Source: an uncultured Gemmatimonadales bacterium (GTDB lineage Bacteria; Gemmatimonadota; Gemmatimonadetes; Gemmatimonadales; Gemmatimonadaceae). Taken from it: DNA of 64,000 nt. Shown in pieces: positions 49,429 through 60,569 of this stretch. Location: contig CAVPQB010000006.1 of the NCBI GenBank assembly GCA_963707505.1, forward strand, positions 192,001 through 256,000, written 5' to 3'. The notes under the pieces were generated by a model. That model saw only the letters and a program-made list of their open reading frames with translations. It did no database searches and was not told where the DNA came from. Each line of letters opens with the position of its first letter. Position 1 is the stretch's first letter. The translations under genes were made by a program, and so were the position numbers.

Positions 49429-51241
49429 ATGCACATCGCCCGCCGGATGTTCGCGTTAATCGCGCCCCTCATTGTTGTGCCCACGCTCCTGGCCGCACAG
49501 ACGTATCCCAGCACCAAGGATCCTCGCAGCGGACTCAAGCCGGGCCGGTTCGATGCAGGGACGCCGCGCGAGAACATGCGCCTCGTTTCGTTCTCGCCCA
49601 AGCCGGCCGCGTTCGACACGGCACGTGGTCTGACGTTCATCAACTCGGATCTCGCCTTCAGCAACAAGTACGTCTACCAGGGTAACTTTGCCGGGTTCAC
49701 GATCTGGGACGTGAGCGATCCCGTCGCGCCGAAGATCGTCTCGGTGGTGTCGTGCATCACCGTCGCAGGGCTGATCCGTCAGTGTACGGCAACCTGCTCT
49801 TCATCTCTGCAGAAGGTCGGCGGAAATCGCACCGATTGCGCGAAGGGCGGCGTGCAGGATCCGAAGGACCACATGGCTGGCGTCCGCATTTACGACGTAT
49901 CGAATCCAGCCGCGCCACGGCTCGTGAAGAACGTGCAGACATGCAAGGGATCGCACACGCATACGATCGTTCCCGATCCTAAAGACAAGAGCGTCATCTA
50001 CATCTACGTCTCGGGCAACCAGGGCGCGCGACCAGCCACGGAGCTCGCGGGTTGCAAGAACGGAACGGATCCGGCGGACGTCAACGAATTCGCTCTACCG
50101 GCTCGACGTGATCAAGGTGCCGCTCGCGCACCCGGAGCAGTCCGCAGTGGTGACGGGCGCGCGCATCTTCACCGGACTCGATGCCGCACCGCGAGCAGCC
50201 GGCAGGCCCGGCCGCGCCCGTCGCCGCCGGTGCGGACACGACGCTACCGCTCCGCCACCGACCGGTCCGCGCAACTGCCACGACGTCACGGCGTATCCCG
50301 CGATCAATCTCCTTGCCGGCGCGTGCGCGAGCTACGGCCTGCTGGTCGACATCTCGAATCCGCTGAAGCCGGTGCGTCTCGACGCCGTGCTCAGATACGA
50401 ACTTCTCGCTCTGGCACACGGCCGTGTTCAGCAACGACGGCAAGCAAGGTCGTGTTCACGGACGAATGGGGCGGTGGCATCGGGTCCGATGTGCCAGGCC
50501 ACGTCGATGATGGAGATGGGCGGCAACACCATCCTCACGATCGATTCGAAGCGGAAGCTACACGCAGCACGCGTACTTCAAGATCCCGACGGCGCAGACG
50601 GCGCAGGAAAACTGCGTTTCGCACAACGGCGGGCTCATCCCGGTACCTGGCCGCGACATCATGGCGCAGGGCTGGTATCAGGGCGGAGTGAGCGTCATGG
50701 ACTTCACAGATCCCGACCATCCGACGGAGCTCGCGTACTTCGACCGCGGACCGATCGACCCGCCGCGCCCACGGACGCCCGGGGCGATCGTGGAGGAGTC
50801 ACGCGCGGCACGATCGGTGGATCGTGGGGCGCGTACTGGTGGAACGGATTGATCTACTCGTCGGAGCTCGATCGCGGATTCGACATCTCGAGCTGACGCC
50901 AAGCGATCAGCTCTCCGCAGAACGAGATCGCAGCGGCGAAGCTCGTGCACCTGGAGCAGTACAATCCGCAGAGCCAGCCGAAGATCGTGTGGCCGGCGGC
51001 GTTCGTCGTTGTCCGCTCGTATCTCGATCAGCTCGTTCGCGGCAACGGCCTTGCCGCGGAGCGTACGACAGCAATCGCGAACGCGCTCGACGCCGCGGAG
51101 AAGCAGAACGGCTCGCAGCGGCGCGCATCACTTCACACGCTGGCCGCACAGGTCAACAAGGACGTGAATGGCGCGCAGGATCAGGCGCGAGTCAAGTCGA
51201 TGGCGGCAGCGATCACGGCTCTCGCCAAGGCGACCGAGTAG
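49429..51241 (+). CDS. LVIVD-repeat-like secreted beta-propeller protein (multiple frameshifts)
   Basis: NSDLAF, GFTIWDVSDP, GSHTHT, CHDVT, VFTDEWGGG, ENCVSHNG, WYQGG, AYFDRGP across successive frames; follows the DUF305 gene. Confidence 0.8.
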
Positions 51242-51298
51242 GACGTATTGGGGAGATGATGCACGGGTGACCGACTATCGCAACGTCGGGTAGCACAT

Positions 51299-51353
51299 AA
51301 CAAAACCGCGGATCGCAGTGCTGACGTCAGCATAACGATCCGCGGTTTTGTTT
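51299..51353 (+). terminator. Rho-independent terminator
   Basis: aacaaaaccgcggatcg...cgatccgcggttttgttt. Confidence 0.75.
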
Positions 51354-51556
51354 CCTTATATGGACGGTCGAGAATGGCAGGAACCAGACGGCGGCCGCTC
51401 ACACACCTGGCTTCCGGGGGCGACGAACATGTCCATCGTCCTGACCCTGCAACCTACAGGCTCACCGACGCCGATGCACGAGACACAGCGCGACGTGCGT
51501 CAAGCGCCATTCGCTATATATTGGCTTCGCCTGATAACTCTTCACAATCCAGCCTG

Positions 51557-51994
51557 ATGTTGCCTTCGATCACGATTCGATCAGCCGTTTCAACCGATGT
51601 AAGCGCCATTGCCGGGCTTCTGGATCAACTGGGCTACCCGACCACACCACAGGAAGCCGCAACGCAACTAGCGCGCTTACGGGAATTTCCCAATACGACG
51701 GAACTCGTTGCAGAACTCCAGGGGAAAGTCATCGGCCTGGTGACGGGCCACGTATTTCCATCCATTCATGCTCCGTCGCCCGTAGCATGGATTACAACTC
51801 TTGTTATTGATCAGCAACACTTACACAGTGGCGTAGGCAAGCAGCTCTGCACAGTGATTGAGGCGTGGGCTCAGAACCAGGGTGCCAAGCGAGTGTCCGT
51901 TACATCGGGCAAGCATCGAGATGGTGCGCACGCCTTCTACGAAAGAATCGGGTACGAACGGACGGGGCTACGTCTTTCCAAAGCGCTCCTCTAA
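51557..51994 (+). CDS. GNAT-family acetyltransferase
   Basis: IRSA, LLDQLGYP, LVIDQQHLHSGVGKQL, AHAFYERIGY. Confidence 0.88.
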   Translation: MLPSITIRSAVSTDVSAIAGLLDQLGYPTTPQEAATQLARLREFPNTTELVAELQGKVIGLVTGHVFPSIHAPSPVAWITTLVIDQQHLHSGVGKQLCTVIEAWAQNQGAKRVSVTSGKHRDGAHAFYERIGYERTGLRLSKALL

Positions 51995-52151
51995 CGCCGA
52001 GCTCGATATCGTTTGCGAGTCAACTACCTCACCGAGCGTCGCGCACGTGTAACAAAACGATCGGTTTTCGCCAGCCCGATAGCCTGCTACATTCCGGAAG
52101 GAAAGACGTGCAGCACGTCGTACCGAGGCAATACTCAAATCCGAGTAGATA

Positions 52152-52667
52152 ATGGCGAATACAGAGTGGTGGCAGCGTGGTCCCGTCGAGGGCGTCCCTG
52201 CTCTCCTGCAGCCGGTAGCACACATCCTCCTCCAGGTCCGGGAAAGTGTCGGCGAGCTGACCGCGAATCTGACTGAAGCCGAGTGGAACGCGCGGCCGGC
52301 CAACGTTGCATCATCCGCGTTTCACGTGCGCCACATCACCGGTGTCATTGACCGCCTCTTTACCTACGCACGAGGTGGCGGCCTGTCACCGGAACAGTTC
52401 TCGGCGATTCGGTCCGAAGGCGATTATCTGCCTGCCTCCGATGTCGCGGCGGTGCTCGACGCGCTGTCAGCACGTATCGACTCGGCGGTCGCCGAGCTTC
52501 GCGCGATAGATGTCGCGACACTCGGCGACTTTCGCGCAGTCGGACGCGCAAAGCTCCCTTCGACGGTGATCGGGTGCCTTGTGCATGGTGCGGAGCACTC
52601 GATGCGTCATGTCGGTCAGCTATCGGTAACGGCACGTATAGCGCGAGCGACGAATGCCAAGACGTAA
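52152..52667 (+). CDS. DinB-family protein
   Basis: FHVRHITG...DRLFTYARG; VHGAEHSMRHVGQ. Confidence 0.88.
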   Translation: MANTEWWQRGPVEGVPALLQPVAHILLQVRESVGELTANLTEAEWNARPANVASSAFHVRHITGVIDRLFTYARGGGLSPEQFSAIRSEGDYLPASDVAAVLDALSARIDSAVAELRAIDVATLGDFRAVGRAKLPSTVIGCLVHGAEHSMRHVGQLSVTARIARATNAKT

Positions 52668-52700
52668 TACACGCCGGCCGTATCGTACTCGCGAGATGCT

Positions 52701-53468
52701 ATGCCTGAACCTCGTATTCCACACATTTCAACGAACGGCGAAGCACTGCTCACGATCACTGACTCGTACGTCGATCCCGATTTTGCGGCACGATATGCGG
52801 CGGCGGTGGACGAAGCTCCGTACAATGCGTCGTACGAACGGCCTGCCATGCTTGCTCTGCTGCCACCGGTCGCGGACTGTCACATCCTCGACGCTGGCTG
52901 CGGTGGCGGATGGTACGCGGCGCAATTGTTGGAACGTGGCGCGAATGTTACGGCGATCGATGCCAGCGCCACGCTCGTCGAGCACGCCCGTCGTCGTCTC
53001 TCGTCCTTTCTTACCGGTGAGTCGGCACCGCTGCGTGTACGCGTAGCGAATCTCGCCGAACCGCTTGCGTTTCTGGCGGACGCGAGCGTGGACGGTGTAG
53101 TATCACCACTCGTCCTTCATTATCTCGAGGACTGGCGGCCGACGTTGCGAGAGATCCGGCGGATCCTCAAGCCTGGCGGCTGGTTACTGCTGTCCACGCA
53201 CCATCCGGGCGCAGACGCGGCGCGCTTTCCGAGCAGTGCATACTACGAAACTCAACTGGTGGAAGACGACTGGAAGTGGGTCGGCAAGGTAAAGTTCTTT
53301 CGGCGACCGCTTACCGAGATAGCGTCGGCGCTCACCGACGTTGGGTTCGTGATCGAGCGGCTTGTCGAGCCGACACCGACAGAGGCCTTTCGACTCATCG
53401 ATCCAGACGCGTACCGCCGGCTGCTCGAGCAACCCGAGTTTCTGATAGTTCGCGCTCGCGTTTCCTGA
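52701..53468 (+). CDS. Class I SAM-dependent methyltransferase
   Basis: YERPAM, ILDAGCGGG, LVLHYLEDW, RILKPGG. Confidence 0.92.
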   Translation: MPEPRIPHISTNGEALLTITDSYVDPDFAARYAAAVDEAPYNASYERPAMLALLPPVADCHILDAGCGGGWYAAQLLERGANVTAIDASATLVEHARRRLSSFLTGESAPLRVRVANLAEPLAFLADASVDGVVSPLVLHYLEDWRPTLREIRRILKPGGWLLLSTHHPGADAARFPSSAYYETQLVEDDWKWVGKVKFFRRPLTEIASALTDVGFVIERLVEPTPTEAFRLIDPDAYRRLLEQPEFLIVRARVS

Positions 53469-54135
53469 GCTGCCACTGCCAGCCCCGGTATACCACCAAT
53501 GACTTTGTGAGTCCACCAAGTCGCTCACGATACAACGATGCACCGGGAAATAATGATTTCATCTCACTGCTGTTGAGAAGTCGAATCTGCGACACCTCAC
53601 GGAGAGCGTCCAAGTAGTCCGGTTGCCGATGTATCCATCCCAGATCACGTCGGCGCAACAGTTCCACCTGCAGGCGCCGCGGGTAGAACTGAAACAGAGG
53701 TAGGAGGAAGTGCGGCTCCAGTGGGAAGTAGCGGTTGGGCGTCTGAACGAAATATCGTGGGGCCACCCGTTGGACCTCTTCAGCCATCCTCTCCTGATCA
53801 CCGAGTGACCCGACGTGCTCGATGACCGAGTTCGAAAAAACCGCGTCGAATGCATTGTCGGCGAACATGCGCATGTCTCGTGCGTCGCAGGCCAGTTGCT
53901 TGATGGCCGGGTTTGTAGAAACGTAGGACTCCAGGTTGACAATCGTGACGCTAATCGCGCCCGTCGTCACAAGGGTTTCGCCTTCCCAGAATTGTGGAGT
54001 TCCGCCGACGTCGAGCACCGACGATCCTCGGGGGAGTTTCTCTATCAACCCGCGGAACAACGCGAACCTTTTACGGCGCATGCGACTGGCGAGCGACGCA
54101 GGGTCGTTGAAATTCGCCAAACGTTTGAGTCCCAT
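53395..54135 (-). CDS. Class I SAM-dependent methyltransferase
   Basis: VLDVGGT, FDAVFSNSVIEHVG, VQTPNRYFPLEPHF. Confidence 0.88.
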   Translation of the reverse strand: MGLKRLANFNDPASLASRMRRKRFALFRGLIEKLPRGSSVLDVGGTPQFWEGETLVTTGAISVTIVNLESYVSTNPAIKQLACDARDMRMFADNAFDAVFSNSVIEHVGSLGDQERMAEEVQRVAPRYFVQTPNRYFPLEPHFLLPLFQFYPRRLQVELLRRRDLGWIHRQPDYLDALREVSQIRLLNSSEMKSLFPGASLYRERLGGLTKSLVVYRGWQWQLRKRERELSETRVARAAGGTRLDR

Positions 54136-54913
54136 GTTGGATCGGCCTCGTTACTAAACCAGAGATAGACTACTGCATTCCGCAACCCGCACGTGATCGT
54201 TACGCGACAGAGAACGCGGCTCGATGAATAAAGGCGGACAATCAGCCGGCGAGTGCCAGCGACTCGGGAGCAGCATTTTAATGAAGAAGGGCCGGCGAGG
54301 TTACAATGACAGTTGCGCCGACTTCGCCTAACCAGGGTACGCCGGAGGCGCCGCAACTGCATCGGCCTACCTTTAAGATGAGGCGCGTGGTTCTGCAAAG
54401 CCGTACTGCGTATCAGACTGTCGCATTGTCCGGCCGTGGCCAGCCACGCTTCCACTCACCGATCGACTCACCAACACTCAGTGATCTAATTCGTGTCGCT
54501 CACGTCACTGTAAGAATGACCGCAATCCCAATTACCGCATCGCGAATTGCTCTTTTGCGCATACGTGCTCCTTGGTTTGCTTGTGGCTGTCGCAAAAAAC
54601 GACTGCGTGAAATTCTGGTGCCGTGAAATGGCATCACGCGAACTGTGCAAGGCTTGAGTGCAACCAGCTACCATCTCAAGGACCGGCGCTAAACAATGTG
54701 AACTATTCGTTGTCTCGTCAAGACGACGACGAGCAATGCTTCCACGTTTCAAGTCAAGAGTAGAGAGCACGGGCAATGCGTTGCAACTTTGCGGGGCAAC
54801 GCGAGTGGAAGTAGCAAGCGACATTTAGACTCATTCATCGGACCCCTTTGCCGTAAGTGCGACGAGTTCCTCGACAGCCGCATGCGCATTCCGGCCACTT
54901 TACGCGAAATCAA

Positions 54914-54970
54914 GCCAACGGAACCGTAAGTATTGAGCCCGCCGACCAGCCTCATCGGATCCACCTGAGT
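54914..54970 (-). pseudogene. Vestigial RHS core-end segment
   Basis: TQVDPMRLVGGLNTYGSVG compared with TQVDPIGLAGGLNAYGFGG at 56676..56732. Confidence 0.65.
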
Positions 54971-55061
54971 AGACGCGCCTGCCCACGATGTCGGAGCGTT
55001 CGATCCTACTCGGCTTTATCCCGGATACCCGGCCCAGTTACTAACTGTTGCTCAGTAAGCG

Positions 55062-55360
55062 TCAGTGGATTGATGCAATGATCTTTCTCTGCTCACCAAG
55101 CGCTTTTCTTATGGAAGGACGGATCGAGCTGTATGCACGGGTGGCGCGTGATTCGGCTATCTCGAGCTGGCTTATTGCCTTTCGGACAAGATCTACATCC
55201 CAGGTTCCAAATCCTTGGTAACTCTTCGCGGCGGTTACGGCTCCGAGGTGATACCACGCACTCGCGTTCGTGGAATCGGCCGCTGTTGCGAGCGTTAACA
55301 CCTTGAGTGAGCTCTGAAAGAATTCCGCACGAGCAGTTTGCGCGTCCTCGGGATCTTGAA
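55062..55360 (-). pseudogene. Truncated TPR-like ORF
   Basis: AADSTNASAWYHLG TPR-like motif; in-frame stop upstream and no convincing start. Confidence 0.35.
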
Positions 55361-55583
55361 AGAACGGGGCCCGGAAGCAGCTGTATAGGTCTCGGTTTCG
55401 ATCCTATAAAAAGCTCATCCAGATGTCATCCAGCTCCCGAGATGCCGCTGTGCTCGCAGCAATGTTGGTGGCGGTTGTTTTCCTTCAGCCCGCACTTGGA
55501 CCAGACACGCAGTCCGACGCCGCGTTGCATCACCGGCACGCTCGAAATGCAAAGCGAGCTAAGGGCAAACACGATCAGCGGCT

Positions 55584-55622
55584 AAAGAAGAAGCCCGACC
55601 ATATCCTCTTGGTCGGGCTTCT
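55584..55622 (-). terminator. Rho-independent terminator after the RHS immunity gene
   Basis: Minus strand AGAAGCCCGACCA-N8-TGGTCGGGCTTCT-TCTTT. Confidence 0.75.
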
Positions 55623-55680
55623 ACCTGTCAGACTTCACCCATGTAAAGTATACGTCGGGCCCTCAACGCATCTACAGCGT

Positions 55681-56154
55681 TCAAGTATCCATGCTTCGCG
55701 CGCGTGCTCTAACATTTTCATCAAGGCGTTGAAAAACAGCGAAATCTCCTGACATAATATCAGAGGCCTGAGAACTCAGCGCACTCGCGTACTGCGCAAG
55801 CAAGCGAGTCACCGCTTGATCATCACCTCCAGAGAACATCTTGCCCACCGGCGAGTTCTCTACGGGGCGCACTAGCAGCAAGTCATCTACATCGAATGCC
55901 TTGCTGCGATCCGCGCCGGAACTGACGGATGGTACCTCTTGCACAATCGCGCCATTTTCAAGTTCGTAGATCGTCAGAAAAGGACGTAGTTCGGTCCAGT
56001 CCACGGCAACCTTAAGGCCGGTCGTGGCGTTTGCATACAGCACTGCCGCGTAATTGCGTGAGTCGTCTCGCCTCAGCACTCGCAATCCGAACTGGGTCGC
56101 GAGTGGACTCATCGCAGATTCGATAGTAGCCGATAGGAACTGGTTCATGATCAC
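55681..56154 (-). CDS. Putative immunity protein for the RHS C-terminal toxin
   Basis: 157-aa ORF whose start overlaps the RHS stop by 4 nt; visibly lower GC than the flagellar genes. Confidence 0.65.
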   Translation of the reverse strand: MIMNQFLSATIESAMSPLATQFGLRVLRRDDSRNYAAVLYANATTGLKVAVDWTELRPFLTIYELENGAIVQEVPSVSSGADRSKAFDVDDLLLVRPVENSPVGKMFSGGDDQAVTRLLAQYASALSSQASDIMSGDFAVFQRLDENVRARARSMDT

Positions 56155-59100
56155 GGTACCGTTGTGGGATATCTACGGCTCTCTATAAGAGCTTTCTCAG
56201 CTCGATAGAATTGGCTCGGCGAGGGACGAGTCGCGTCCGGGCCTATATCAATAATCTCCTTGCCATCCCGCATCGCGCCACGAAGCCACGTACTATTGGC
56301 TTTCCAAAGTGCTTTCGCACCGCGAGCCCCCGTTTCAAAAGTCTCCGCATCGTGTGTGGCGGCAGCAGCGCGCACACGGGCCATCGTCTCTCCGATCACG
56401 ACCTTTCCAGCGCGGGCCTCGCCCGCGCCAGTAGCGGCGGATCCGACGCCCGCCGTCGCAATGACGGCGCCTACCTGCCCACCGAAATACGCTGCGCCAT
56501 CCTTATCGACTACATCATTGGTGCCCATCTTGTCGCGAACCCAATCGGTAGCGCCGAAGGACACCGCATCGCCGAAACCCGCAGCGAAGCTTGCAACCGC
56601 ATTCAGATTGCAAGGCTTACCATCGACCCACTCTGGACAAAGCCCAAACGGGTCCGAATAATTTACCTGATCCCCGCCACCGAAGCCATAAGCGTTGAGA
56701 CCACCGGCCAGACCGATCGGATCCACCTGCGTGAATCTCCCGCTCGCGGGGTCATAGTACCGGTTCCGCTTGTACTGCATGCCGCTGCCATCGGTCGCTT
56801 CACTCAAGAGCGAGCCCATCCAGTACCCGGACGGAAGCGTCACGTCCAACGGATGCCCTCTCGCCGCTGACATCCCTACCGCAGGCCACGCTATGTAGCT
56901 GCACTTGGGCGCAGAGCCCGTGCACGGATTGGAGCTGCCGTCGTCCCAGGTCCCTAACGCGTACGCCCCTCGCCAATCCACGTGCGGCGTCATCGTCCCC
57001 ACCGTACCCGAGCTCGTGCCACGCCACACTCCTACGGGTGCATCAAGTCCGTCGGCGTTCACATAGCCCACCATGGCCGAGTCACTCTCAAGGCCCGGCA
57101 TCGTGTTCGAGTTGGAGATCGTCTCATACAGGTACTGGTCTCCGTCCCACACCGTGCGCGACACATAGGCTCCGGCCTGGCCGCCCTGCGTGCGTCTCCA
57201 GATGCGGCGGCCCAGCGCGTCGTAGCGGTACTCCTCGTACAGCCAGTTACTACCCGAGACGCTGTTCACGTCTATGCCGTTGTGACGGTTGAAGAGACGT
57301 AGCTTGTTGTCTCCGTCGTAGAAGTGTGCCTCGGCGGTCTGGGAGATCGAATCCGTGAAGAACGAAGCAGCATTCCCGCCACTGAGATCGGACGGACCCA
57401 TCATGTGGCGCATGTTGCCCAGATTGCCATCTAGGTCTCCACCGAATACGAATCGGGAATCATTAAAGAATGATGCGAACGACGGCACACCGTTCGGCAC
57501 GTTCATCGGATAGTTCATCGTGATCTCTCCGCCAGTTCCGAAGGCGTTCTGCTCCTTCGTGAACACTGTCAACAGATTGCCCACCCCGTCGTAGCCCAGC
57601 TCCTTACGGTAGAAGTAGGGATACGTCGCGTACGTGCTGTCGTTCTTGGGCGACGTCACGGTCATGAGTTCCCCGTTGGCGCTCACGTCCATCACGCGTG
57701 CCGTGTTGGGATCGGCGTAGTTGTACGACATCGGCAGACGCCAGCTGTTGAGCCTGTTCCCCAGCGCGTCCACCGTGAAGGCCTCGGTCGCCACGCTACC
57801 GCTCGCGTTGGTCTCCATGCCGATCACCGAGCCCAGGCCGTGATACATCATCGTCACGTCCTCGGTGGGATTGGTCGACACTCCGCTCCCGGAGAAGTGA
57901 CCCGTCCTCACCCGGCCCATGTTGTCGTACGTCATGCTGTCGCTCAACAAACCGATGTTGCTCACCACCACGACGGACGTCACGTTGCCGTCGTCGTCGT
58001 AGTGCTTGGTATCCGTCACCGGACCGGTCACGCTGCCAGGTGAGGTCAGCTTGTACGCCCGACCCGCGTTGTCGTAGTCGATCGTGTAGCTGAGAGGCCA
58101 TGGATGTCGGTGATCCCGGTGAGCTCGCCCGTACTCGTGCTGTACGTATAGGACTCGGTGCAGGGCCCGTGTAGCACAGCGACGGAACGTTGTACCCCGT
58201 CGGATGCAGCAGCGTGCTCCGCTCTCCGTCGTCGTTGTACGTGTAGGTCAGGCCGTAGATGTGCGAGTACTCGCTGTCAGGTGCCATCGAGCTCGCAATA
58301 GCATCGCGCAAGCGATCGCGCGCCGAATAACCTTCCGAGGCGTCGCCTGCCATCACCTGGCGTCTTCATCACCCGCATACGGTCCGTGGATGGACGAGTC
58401 TACGGCGGAGATGTTCGCCGGCAACCACGATGCCCAGTGTCCGTTGTTGTGGCGACTGTCCCCAGCGCCAGCTCATGATCCTTCGGTAGCACATACTTCG
58501 ACATCGTGATGTTGCACGGACGCCAGCCATGCGCCTCGTCACCGCAGATGCCGAGCGAGTCTACCGGCGGTGGCGCCGGCTCCGTGCCACCGCACTCGTC
58601 CGCAGTCCCGCGATAGGTCTGCCTCGTCCTCAAGCGTGTCCCACTGGATCTGGCCGTTGGGATAGTAGCCGCGCCGCACGCGAGCGTCGCCGTTGTCCGC
58701 CTGGACCAGGTTGCCTGCCACGTCATAGCTGTAGGTTGCCGTGTCGCTCGAGAAGCACACCGCCGCACCATAGGCGTTGCCAAGCGTCACCCGATCCGGG
58801 CAGGCTGAAGAAACAGTAACCCGTGAAGTTGGCCGTCATGAGCGGACTCGTCATGCAGCTGGTCGAGCTGTAGGTAACGAGCGGCACGAACTTGTTCACG
58901 ATTCTGTTCAGCGCATCGTACTTCATCGTCACGATGTGCTCGCCATCGTTCTTCGAGATCACGTTACCGGCGGGATCATACGTGTAGTGCGTCGTCTTGA
59001 CCGCCTCGAACGCTATCTTTACCCTGCCGACGGCGTCGTACTGGTAGTACGAATCCGTGTATCCGAGCGACGGGCCACGGGTACGCGTCACGTCTTTGAC

Positions 59101-59180
59101 TCTGCCTTCCGCGTCATACTCGGTGGCTATCCGGACCGTGTCCGCCGGCAGTTCCGTCCCCACTCCGGATATCCAGGTCG
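56151..59180 (-). pseudogene. RHS/YD-repeat polymorphic toxin, 5'-truncated and frameshifted; C-terminal 626-aa frame intact
   Basis: YD repeats (YDAVGR, YTYDPAGN, YDALNR, YSYDVAGN, YRYDALGRR); core end RNRYYDPASGRFTQVDPIGLAGGLNAYGF...NYSDPFGL followed by a C-terminal extension of about 160 aa. Confidence 0.85.
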
Positions 59181-59199
59181 GACGATGTCCGCCGTCACC

Positions 59200-59237
59200 G
59201 GTTGTCGCATTTTGCCGTGCAACAAAATGCGACAACC
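59200..59237. terminator. Inverted repeat after the M16 operon
   Basis: ggttgtcgcattttg-N8-caaaatgcgacaacc. Confidence 0.6.
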
Positions 59238-59255
59238 CGCTCGTTCCCTGCACCC

Positions 59256-60569
59256 CTAGAAACTCTCCAACAACCTCCTGTCCACTTTCGTCGTATCTCC
59301 CAGATACGCCCAGTGAAAATTCTTCATGTACTTCCGCGCCGCTGCCTGCACGGCCTCCGGCGTCACCGACTTGAGGTCCTCCACGAACGACATCGCGCGA
59401 CGATAATCCCCCTGATACAACTGAGACCGAGCCAGAAAGTCCGCCTGCGATGCGTTGGTCTCGTTGTCCAGGAAGTACTGTGTGATGAATTGCAGCTCCA
59501 GTCTTTGCAATCCTTCACTCGTTACGATCTCGTTCTTCAACTGCGTTATGAAGAACTTCATCAGCTTGAGCGTCGTATCAGGTGCCACAGTCGTCACATA
59601 CAGTCCCGACGCACTCGCTGCACGTTCCAGGAACGGCGAGTGCACGTCGTACGTTAGATTCTGCCGCCCGCGAATTTCGGCGAACATCTGACCGGTAAGC
59701 ACGGTTGCGGCAACACGCAGCGCGGTGTAATCAGGCGATGATGCCAGTGGCCCGGCAACGTATCCGAGCAGATAGTTCGTCGGTAGATCCCGTTGCACCA
59801 CTACGGCCGACGATGGCGTGACTGGTACGACTGGTGGCAATGTCCACTTGTACGATCCCGCCGGAAGCCGCCCGAACGTCGAGTGAATCAGTGACTCGAC
59901 GTGAGCACGAGTCACGTCGCCGACGACGACTATCAACATCCGCGATTTCACTATCTGCGACTTTTGATACTGACGTAGATCTGCAGCCGTGATGCCCGCC
60001 AACGACGTGGCATTGCCTGTCTCCGACATCGCGTACGGATGCCCGGCGAACGCGACACTGTCAGCGAGGTCCGAAACGTACGCATCCGGATCATCCCGCT
60101 CCTGCCTTTGTGCACTCAACAGCTGCGACCTCACCAGCTCGACTTCCGCGGGTTGAATGGCTGGATACATCAGGCGATCCGCAAATATCGCCCACGTTGA
60201 ATCCACCGCGGTCGTAATGGTCCGCGCACCGAACATCGTCCAGTCCACACTCGGCGCTATCACGAAGTCGCTTCCCAGCGCCGATGTCTTGCTTCGAAGC
60301 GCAGCCTTGGGGTAGTGCTGTGTGCCGCGCTCGGACACCGCCAGAAGAAATGGCTCGATCCCGCTGGTCGCGCTCGTCACCTGACGCACGCCGCCCAGCA
60401 GATAAACATTGGCGACCACCACGTTGTTCGACGTATTGCGACGCAGGATCACCGGAATACCGTCGACCGAAAAGCTCGATGTGAGGGTGTCTGCCTCCGT
60501 TTGCGCGCCGACGCTTCCAATTCCTGCACACACTGCCACCACAAACAACATGACTCTGCGCAGCATCAC
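59256..60569 (-). CDS. M16B peptidase, non-catalytic subunit
   Basis: Signal peptide; HxxEH absent (SGIEPFLLAVSERGT); FAGHPYA; R-Y pair in EIRGRQNLTY. Confidence 0.85.
   Translation of the reverse strand: MMLRRVMLFVVAVCAGIGSVGAQTEADTLTSSFSVDGIPVILRRNTSNNVVVANVYLLGGVRQVTSATSGIEPFLLAVSERGTQHYPKAALRSKTSALGSDFVIAPSVDWTMFGARTITTAVDSTWAIFADRLMYPAIQPAEVELVRSQLLSAQRQERDDPDAYVSDLADSVAFAGHPYAMSETGNATSLAGITAADLRQYQKSQIVKSRMLIVVVGDVTRAHVESLIHSTFGRLPAGSYKWTLPPVVPVTPSSAVVVQRDLPTNYLLGYVAGPLASSPDYTALRVAATVLTGQMFAEIRGRQNLTYDVHSPFLERAASASGLYVTTVAPDTTLKLMKFFITQLKNEIVTSEGLQRLELQFITQYFLDNETNASQADFLARSQLYQGDYRRAMSFVEDLKSVTPEAVQAAARKYMKNFHWAYLGDTTKVDRRLLESF

Noticed and set aside
53395..53468. 74-bp 3' overlap of two convergent methyltransferases as an antisense system
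   Set aside because: More simply explained by loss of a stop or an indel at the minus-strand gene end.
54306..54824. Short ORFs in the lower-GC tract
   Set aside because: No RBS, motifs or coding-like composition; treated as decayed sequence.
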